From Eledone cirrhosa (taxonomy: Eukaryota), in contig OZ024744.1 of the NCBI GenBank assembly GCA_964016885.1, positions 36,642,001 to 36,706,000 of the forward strand: DNA of 64,000 bases, read 5' to 3'. The translations under genes were made by a program, and so were the position numbers. The notes below the pieces were generated by a model, which searched no databases, had not been told where the DNA came from, and was given only the letters and a program-made list of their open reading frames with translations. Of this stretch, positions 54,634-64,000 are shown in pieces. Numbering within the stretch: the first letter of the stretch is position 1; the number at the start of each line of letters is the position of its first letter.

Positions 54634-54888
54634 GTAAAGAAGTAAAGGAGAGGGGAGCACCTTCTCCCTGTGCTCCCCGGGCAAAGGATTGCACACTTTT
54701 TCGGGGGGTGGGTGCAACCCCCATCACGTCCCCTCCCTTTTGAGGTTATTTTCGATTATTTTCATGTTACACCCTTTTTACTCGATTGTATGTAAACTCC
54801 CCCTTTGTATTTGTACCTTCTTTTTATGCCTTTATGGTAAATAAAGAAATATATCTATCTATCTATCTATCTATATATCTATCTATCT

Positions 54889-57800
54889 GTTTATTTAGAC
54901 GTTGTTTACTTCGCTACGAAGTTTTTGTAAATCTATGGTGGTAAAACCGTAAGTTTTTGTTCAATTTTTATAATATTGTGTAGCTTGACCCCCCGCCTGG
55001 ACTTTCAGGCGATGGGTCAACTCATCCCCCTCCCCCACCAGGGGCGAAATATTCGTTTGAAAAGTTTTATCTATCGAATTTTGAAAAAATATCGTAGGAA
55101 GTTTGTTTACTCGATGAACGCTGCGTTTGGCGATAATGGTGGTGGAGATAATGGTGCGAGCTGTGTAGTCTTACTACATAGCTCACAGTCAACATCGTCT
55201 TATTGCCTTTACTTCTCCATAGATACTATGGAGATGGAAAGAAGAAACCAAATTGTAAAAAAGAATTCAAATCCAAATGACACCAAACAGTACAATGACA
55301 ACAAAAATAACAACAACACCAATAATGATGATAAAAACAAAAATGACAACAACAACAAAGAAAAAAATAAAGACATCACCAATAATACCAGCATCAAAGA
55401 CAACACTAACACCAAGGAAAATACGAACAATATCAACATCAGTGACAACAAGAACAACAACAATAATGACAACAAGAACAACAACAACGTCAGCAACAAT
55501 GATAACAACAACACCACCAACAACAACAGCAATACGAAGAACCCCATAAGCAAGGAAAAGGTTTGCTTTGCACAAACCGTCCAAAAGACCGAACTGTTTA
55601 CATACCTTGACATTTCCAATGCTAGGGAATTGTTAAGAGATGCAAAGCAGTATGTAACTTTTGGTGAGAGTGGTGCTTTCAGCATCACTTCTCCTCAACA
55701 GTTACGTAGAGAAACTATAATTTTTAGGACAGTTTCAAATGTGTCTAAAAAACCGGTCCAATTATCGCAAAACAACATTGAACTGGGTCTGACAAATTCC
55801 ATGAAGGATATTGCCTTCATCCAAAAAGGTAAACTTTTTGGAAGCATTTCGGTGTTGTTGAAAGACCAATTGACGGCACAAACATATTCTGTGTCGCCAA
55901 TTGTGTCCCCCCCTTTACACCTTTTTCCCCACATATATGGGAAAAAAAACCCAAAAATTAAAATTTCGAACATTACACCAAATATCTCGTGGATTTTGAC
56001 TGGCTTCATCGATTTCGAGGAAGACACCATCATTTCAGTGGGAAAGTCCTCCAGAGGCACATTCAATGGTACAAGCCTGGAAGTTCTGGTCCAAATGAGG
56101 CCAGAACGGATAGCTAAAATACTCCAACGTGTGTCTCTGGATGGGATTTCATACATAAACATTTCTGTTGAGGGTAGGCCGCCTTCATGTTACCACTGTT
56201 TAAGCAGTAGTCACCTGAAGGCTTACTGACCTCAGTTAGCTGCAAAAAAAAAGAAGCACTACTGCCAACACCCAAAACAACAAAACAACCACCACTACCA
56301 CCACAACAACAACAACAACAACACGCAAACATAACTAAAACAAGAACAACAAACCAAACTGCAAGCACAGTTTCACCCAACCCCACTCCACCTAAAACCA
56401 CTGCAAAAACACCCACAAACACAACAGCTCCCCAAAACATACCCCTACCAAATAACACAGACACCACAAAGGACGAGGCCCCGTCATCATCACCAAGTGA
56501 TGATGAGGGAGAGGCTCTCCGTTCGAAAAGAAAGAAGAAAAGACGCCACAAGAACAAAAGAGCAACAAACATCATTACAAACATACAACCACCAACACAA
56601 ACAACACAAACATTACAAACAAAAACTCCCCGTCCCGAAAACAAAACCACGACATCACTCCAAACACAAACACCTACAAATAAACGAAAGCACACACAAG
56701 AACTACAGACAAAAACAAACACAGCACAAGAAAATTACACTTACACATACATAAACACTGAAAACAAAACACTAATGGAGACTATCACGAACAACCCTTC
56801 GGTGAAAACTGAAGGGAATATTTTCGCACACTCTAATAAAAATAATAAAAAACTGAACCTAAAACTGATTTGGGTCCCTATACAAACTTATAGGTCCCTA
56901 AAAGAAACATTTAAAAAGGATGTGGGGAATTCCTGCGTGAAACCACTTAACCGCGTCCTTCTCAAATGTCTCCCCACCCCAGACACCCCCACCCCAGACA
57001 CCACCATCCCACCAGACACACGCTCCCCACCAAATATCTCCGTCACCACCCCAACGGCAACCACCACCCACCCAGACAACCCCTCCAACACCCCCATGGA
57101 AATTGTGCAGCCAGGTCCCCAGGAGACGAAGAAGGGAGTGATTTCTTTTACTCTTCTTTTAAATTTTCAGCGCCAACATGACCAATATAAAGTTGTATGC
57201 GGCCCGGGGATGCACTGGAAACAGGGCAAACTCTTAAACGACCTCTTAAACGACAGTATGGATGTAGTAGCCATTTGCGAGTCGAGGATCCACAGCGAGC
57301 AACAGCTGGCCCCCATCTTCGACGACTCTGAGATCTACGCATCTCTCTGTCAGCCGAGAGGTGGGGGCGGGGTTGCCGTTTTGCTGCGGAAACACCTGGA
57401 CGTCGTAACACAGACGGTACGTCTGGACCCGGAGGGTCGACTGGTGGTCCTAGACGTTGACGGTAGTGAAGGTGGAGCCTTCAGGCTGGAGGCCGCATAT
57501 GTCCCATCCGGGACACCGCGGCTAGACTCCTTCAAACGTCTAGAGACTTTTCTGGGAACGTCCCGCTCCTTGCTTTTAGTGGGGGACTGGAAAGGAATCC
57601 TAGATGCACGTTGGAACTATGTGGGAGTATGTCCCGATAAAGGGGGGGGGGGTGTAACAGCCTCAAACAGTTAATCGACCGATTTGACCTGGCCGATAGA
57701 TATCGACTAGATTTTCCGACTGTGCCACTGTGGACGTGGAGTAATCGTAGCGGAACATCTAGATCGTACCTAGATAGGGTTCTAGTTAGAAATAAAGATA

Positions 57801-60800
57801 GGGAAATGTTAAACTGCCCACAGATGTTCATGGTTGCCTATTCAGATCACAAACTAGTGACCTGCATGGTCAACCTTGATAGAGCCCATAGACAAGGACC
57901 GGGCTACTGGAAGCTGAACTTGTCGTTACCGACATGCAAAGCCTACAGTAGACGGATAAGCACTTTAGTTAAACAGTACTAGACAGGGGCCATTGTCAAC
58001 AACAGATGGTGGTACTTTCTTAAGAGGGCAGTTAGATTAGATTCGTTAGTTTTTAGTAAAGAATTAGCGTTAGATCTAAATAGGACCGAGAAGAAAATGG
58101 TAGATAAAGTAGAAGTGGCAACGTAGCGAGCATGCTAGCAACGAGAACGGCCTTGGACCAGTTCTTCGACGCAAAGCACAAGGGCTGCGTTGTCAGAAGC
58201 AAAATACGTGCTCTGGGTAACGAGGGAGCCAAAGCTGTTAGCTGGGCCCGGGTGACGGAAGTGAAAAGTTGCAACAAGTCCACGATTCGGTCTTTGAAGG
58301 ACCAAGACGGACGCGTGATACGGGAGCCGAAGCAGATGTGCTCGGCCTTTCAGTGGCACTTTGCTCAGCTGTTCGGGCAGGGCGGCGCGCCGGGAAAGGC
58401 TATGGATTTCGGTCCAGACCTCGACAGCCTGCCGCGACTCTAGGAGAGCAAGGCGAAGTTCTGCGAAAGGCCGATTTCAGCCGCTGAGATAAGGGACGCG
58501 CTGAGCTAATGCGGCAAACGCAAATCTCCAGGTCACGACGGTCTACTCTACGAATTTTACGTAGCAATGCTGGACTTGTTCTCTGTTCTCCTGGAAACGG
58601 TCTACTGCAACTGGCAGCAGAACGAGAAAAATCCAATTTCTGTGATCAGGGGCGTAGTCACGCTAGTCAGAAAGGACTAGAATAAGGGGCATGACATAGG
58701 CAAATTTCGGCCCATAACTCTGCTAAACACAGAGTTACAGATTTTGGCCAAGGTGATGGCAAAGAGGCTGGCGCTTGTCGTCAAAAACCTGGTGGGAGAA
58801 GCGCAGATATGCGCATCCTCGACGAGGTCCATACACGACAACCTCCACCTCATGCGATACATCGTAGAGACGGTTGGGTGTAAACCATGCTTCGGTGGGG
58901 ACCTGATCAACTTGGATCAGACTAAGCCTTCGATAGGGTTGACCATCGTTACCTGGATGCGGTACTCGAGGCGGCAGGCTTCGGACCCGTGTTCAGGGGC
59001 TGGATTGCTGCAATGAACAGCAGCAACATCTGCTCAAGGGTCAAGGTGAACGGCTACCTCTCGGAGTCATTCAATATCACACGATCCATTTGACAGGGAT
59101 GCCCTCTCTCCTCCCTTCTGCATGTACTGACTCTCGGGCCACTACTGCGGAAGTTGGAGCTATTGCAGGGCATCCCTCTAGAACCGGGACTGCGGAAAGC
59201 GGCGTCGGCCTGCGCCGACGACGTAATAGTAATGGTGTCGAGTACCTCGCAAATCGAGGAAGTCGGCATCTTACTGAAGGAATACGAAAGGTTCACAGGA
59301 GCGAAGCTGAACCGCGACAAGTCCATCGGTTTTCAACTCGGATCGTGGAGAGGCAAACCGATGCCTTCCGATGGCGTCGTCGGACGCTAGACGGAAGGAC
59401 CGGTAAAGCTGCTCGGGGTCTGGTTTGATCCGGACCTCCACGTGGAGAAGAACTGAAACGAGGTGACGGCCAAGGTGTTTGCACTCACCCAGAGTGGGTC
59501 GAGTGCAAACTATGCTTGAAAGGTCGAGCGTAGGTGGCGATCACTTTCATAGCGTCCGTCATCTACTACCGCTTGACCATCGGGCCCTGTCCAGCCAAAA
59601 CGCTCACCAAAATGGAGCGCGTGCTATTCTAATTCTTTGGAAGAAGCGGGCTCCTTTGGCGAGAAGATCCATCTGCTGCCAACACCCTTCCAACGGAGGG
59701 CTGGGAATGCCGTGGCTGACGATGCGCAAAAACGCGCTCAGGCTGCGGCATCTGTACGTATTCCTCACCGGCCCCGTTCGTGAGGCGAACCTTCCCAAGA
59801 CACGTCTCGCTGCCTGAGCTGCAGTCCTGGGTTAAGCAAAGAATGAGGAAAATAGGCGACTGGCACATCGAATGTGCTCAGGCGCTCACAGCCCTCTGGC
59901 AGCGGACCCGGCGATCAGTGGAGACTCCACTTCGTCATTCTATAGAGGGTTGGTCCGCAGCAAGTGCGACGACTTGGTCGGAGAAACTCTAGGCGTAGAG
60001 GAAGACGAACTGGACAGTTTGTTCGATAGGACCTTCTGCCCGGGACCGATGGACAACTTCCAAAAGTCCCTGGCCTGGCAGTGCTACCGAGGAGCTCTAC
60101 AAGTTCGAAACAAGCTCTACAGACATGGGCGACGGGCAGGGACCCTTCGAAAAAGATCTGTCCTAGATGCGTGCGAGACGAAGAAACCGTCGCGCATGTT
60201 ACCGTACACTCTCCGGGCGTTACCGACCTGTGGGGCTATGTAGAACGACTATTGTCGCGGATGGAACCAATCAGGTTGACCACAGAGTCTATGGTCATTA
60301 TCAAACCGCCATCCTGCTTCAAAAACGAAGGAGAGGCGGTTTTCCTTTGTGTGATAGCTATGGCGAAAGAGGTTATATGGTGGACCAGGTTGAAAGGGCT
60401 GAGGTCAGACACCTTTCTCTACGGCCAACAACTGATTCTTTTTTTCAAATACCACTTTGGAAGAAGAATCAGGATGGAGAGAGAGGTGCTGTACCCCAGC
60501 AAGTTTTATGAAAGGTGGGTGAAAGTGGCGAGAATGGCCCGAGTGAATGGGCCTTCTCTCTATATCAGCCTGTAGGTTGAGGAAAAGGAGGAGGAGAGGA
60601 AAGGAGTACAAACTCTTCGTACTCCTGGAGATGAGGGTTGCACATTTTTTCGAGGGTATGTGTTACCCATATGAACTGTCTCCCCCTATTGGGGAAAATC
60701 GACTAATTTTTAAATTGCATTTGTGATAATATTTTACACGTTTTTATTGTATGTAAACTTCCCCCTTTGTATTTGTCCTCTTCTTTTGTGCCCCTGTGTC

Positions 60801-60811
60801 TAATAAAGAAA
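54889..60811 (+). mobile_element. Tx1/L1-like LINE, full length, degenerate, diverged subfamily
   Basis: Colinear with 49021-54849. ORF1 ~55228-57140 has an Asn-rich tract and CYHC....H; ORF2 ~57178-60575 is broken by many stops. Confidence 0.94.
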
Positions 60812-60822
60812 CATATCTATCT

Positions 60823-61045
60823 ATCATCATCATCATCATCATCATCATCATCTTTTAACGTCTATTTTCCACGGTAACATGGCTTAGAGAAGTTGTCCCT
60901 TTTTTTGTGGCATGTTGGGCTAGGCGACCATGTCTCGCTCAATCAGAACTGTTTATGGCTTAGCTTCAACTGGCGGATGCCCTTCCTAACGCCAACTACA
61001 TTTACGGTGTGTGCTGGAAGCTTTTTATCGTGATACCTACTCGAC
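60823..61045 (-). mobile_element. Meta-domain-type SINE with (GAT)n tail
   Basis: Minus strand TGGCGTTAGGAAGGGCATCCGCCAG...GACGTTAAAAGATGATGATG. Confidence 0.7.
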
Positions 61046-61054
61046 CACTTTACA

Positions 61055-61156
<102 letters not shown>

Positions 61157-61162
61157 AACAAG

Positions 61163-61606
61163 AATGCAAGTCCGAAAAACCATTAGATAAAATATATACA
61201 GTATTTACTCTCCCAATCACCATAAATTTACCACATAAAAATCATTTAAACGGGGCTATAAGTTAAAAATGTACTTATGAAGAAATAATAGACAAATGAT
61301 TCAGATTATTTTCCGCGATGTACAGCCATATGACACTTATCTAATTATTTATTCTAGCCTGTAGAAATTGACTAGTGTAGTTAACTATTTGTCTAGTCAA
61401 TTTCTACAGGCTAGAATAAATAATTAGATAAGTGTCATATGGCTGTACATCGCGGAAAATAATCTGTATCATTTGTCTATTATTTCTTCATAAGTACATT
61501 TTAAACTTATAGCCCCGTTTAAATGATTTTTTATGTGGTTAATTTATGCTGATTCGGAGAGTAAATACTGTATATATTTTATCTAACGCTTCTTCGGACT
61601 TGCATT
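61163..61606. repeat. ~444-bp foldback palindrome (arms ~213 bp, 17-nt spacer)
   Basis: ...GTAGAAATTGACTAG-tgtagttaactatttgt-CTAGTCAATTTCTAC...; the arms pair out to AATGCAAGTCCGAA / TTCGGACTTGCATT. Confidence 0.95.
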
Positions 61607-61900
61607 TTTATATATAGCTCTGATTAATAATTATTTGCTTAATTAATTCTTCATTGAGCCACACCGTCAAAGGTTGCCAATCCCATATATGTATCTGTGA
61701 CTATGTCTGATTATATATATATACTTTGAATTATATATATCTTCAAAAGATCCCGTTAATGGTGAAAGCTGCGATTCTTTGCTTAAACTTTAATCCGTTA
61801 TTTTAATAAATATTTGTTATATGGTTTTATATATATTTATATATATATTATCATCATCAAGCCCTCTTCGGATTTTAGTCTTCACATTTATTTATATTAC

Positions 61901-61934
61901 TATATATATATATTTATATATATGTATATATATG

Positions 61935-61966
<32 letters not shown>

Positions 61967-62014
61967 AATATATATATATAGGTGTGTGTGTGTGTGTGTA
62001 AAAGATAAACAGAA

Positions 62015-62108
<94 letters not shown>

Positions 62109-62132
62109 GATATATGTGTGTGTGTGTGTGTG
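61901..62132. repeat. (AT)n/(GT)n microsatellite field; similar tracts at 61059-61156 and 62720-63095
   Basis: Read directly. Confidence 0.95.
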
Positions 62133-62746
62133 TCGTTACGTTAAGGAAGGTGATGCGCCGCGCAGTATAATCTACTATATTCACGAGTTCTTGGGTCAAA
62201 CCAAGGCTGCAGTAAAAATATTACATTACATTACATTACATTGCGTTCATTAATTCATTTCTTAATTCCGTGTTGTTTATTTACGCCGATTTAATTGATT
62301 CTTGTTCTTTTCCCATTCGTCTTTGTTATTAGTTTCTTTTCTATTTATATTTGTATTCACTTGTATATATTATAGTATTGATAAGTTGATTTCGTCTAAG
62401 TTGGTCGCCATCTGTCGTTGCAAAGACAAGGAGCAAATATGCTCAACTGGCAATCAACATTAGCTCTCTCAACATCTACTGCAATAGAAATAAATGGCAG
62501 TTACCACTACAAAATTTGACAAAGATGTTATTTTATTCGATAAATGTTATTTGCAAATTTCTTCCATTTAGTTTTGTTTTGTTTTTAGTTATTATTTATA
62601 TTTTTATTTTTATTTTATTTTCAAGAATGATGTCTTCTTACCACCATATATCATAGCACTATCTTTTCACTATTTGATAAGTTGATGAATACAAGATGAT
62701 TCAAATTTAAAGTTTGATGAATGTACATACATATATACATACATAC

Positions 62747-62791
<45 letters not shown>

Positions 62792-62974
62792 GAAAAGTAT
62801 AGAAATTATTGTAGCAAGAAGCCAACAGTATTCCATAATATATATATATATATACTTTCATACATGCATTCATATATGTATGTGTGAGAGATTTTGTCAG
62901 TGTGTGAGTGTGTCGTCGCGTGTGTACATGTGTATTTGTATGTATGTATAGGTATTCATACACATATACATAGG

Positions 62975-63005
<31 letters not shown>

Positions 63006-63006
63006 T

Positions 63007-63088
<82 letters not shown>

Positions 63089-63849
63089 ATTTATACGTAA
63101 ATATACAAAATATAATATAAAATTAAAGAACGTTAGACGTTCTCTAGCCAACGTCTAGCTCATTCAATGAACCTGCTAAATTGCAGTAATGCAGCTGCAA
63201 TTAGCTGTTCAGAGTGTACACATTTAGTTAAAAGCAGATACGGTGGCTGTGTTTTGGTAGGGAGAAAGGTAAAAATCTCAACTCCTGGACGATATTGTTT
63301 CTGAGCAACATAACTTCAGAAATGCAGATATTACATCCGCAATGTTTAGAAAGCCACCTAATATCAGCAGATATTTATGTAACCGGGCTGTTACGCGTCT
63401 TCAGCAGGACGCCTAAGTCATACGATAGGTCTATGAAGTGTCTGATAGCCATTACTACTGTATAAGGTTTTCACCAGTTCTTGCCATTCTCACACTCTGC
63501 CTCTAATGAAAAAGAGAAGGATTCCTATCGTAGACTACACATAGTTTGGTGGTTGAATTCACACAAAGTAATCCGCGACTAACAAAGAACTCAACCACCT
63601 TCCAACATATACGCATACATACCTAACCCGGTTTATGCATATATACATATATACATATATACAAGCAAATAATAGCTGATTTGTGATACAACTCCAACAT
63701 CAGTACTCAAAATTTAATATTAGGTAACAATAAATATTAGAAAGTATAAACTTATACAGGATATTGCAATCAGCACAGCTGGCAGTATAATATAGTATAA
63801 AAGTAACGAAGATCGCTGGTATCAAGTCAACGTTCTCCGGCCAATACAT

Positions 63850-63884
<35 letters not shown>

Positions 63885-64000
63885 CTGTATATATAATATA
63901 TCCGCTGCACCTCCTCCAGCCACGTCTATGGACTTCGCTGCACGGAGTGCAGCACAACCTAAGTCGGGCAGTCGGCACGTCGCCTGGGGGATCTGTTCAC

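Larger units (their letters stand above)
49021..54849 (+). mobile_element. Tx1/L1-like LINE, full length, nearly intact
   Basis: 5' UTR, ORF1 with zinc knuckle, ORF2 APE-RT-CCHC, 3' UTR ending AATAAAGAAA. Confidence 0.95.

Noticed and set aside
50252-56722. Long minus-strand Val/Gly/Leu-rich ORFs (50252, 55209, 56114, and plus-strand 6744)
   Set aside because: They are antisense shadows of C/A-rich LINE ORF1 regions.
63140-64000. Non-repetitive-looking segments near the window end
   Set aside because: No ORF, motif or structure could be assigned, apart from a short hairpin at ~63132-63158.

Overview
This is AT-rich, microsatellite-dense, intron/intergenic-type animal DNA made almost entirely of transposable elements; no intact host gene was found. 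The abundant Nin/Deu-domain tRNA-SINEs and the (AT)n/(AC)n load suggest a cephalopod (octopus-like) genome, which is an inference. Contents: (i) a full-length degenerate Helitron (15787-21984, A|TC...CTAG|T); (ii) a DD34D mariner in (TA)n (24871-26174); (iii) two closely related R4/Dong-like RLE LINEs in (TAA)n that share stop codons, plus older R4-like relics; (iv) three head-to-tail Tx1/L1-like LINEs separated by (CTAT)n, one nearly intact, plus an inverted fragment; (v) several Penelope-like (GIY-YIG) remnants with inverted terminal segments, one carrying a minimal type I hammerhead ribozyme; (vi) hAT-like MITEs, RTE tails and about 20 SINE copies. The most unusual items are a 263-bp circularly permuted tRNA-containing unit arranged as tandem plus inverted copies (12261-12864), the (CTAT)n-associated Tx1 array, a multi-pseudoknot 5' UTR on the R4-like LINE, and a high density of long foldbacks. 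Boundaries were read by eye and may be off by a few bases.
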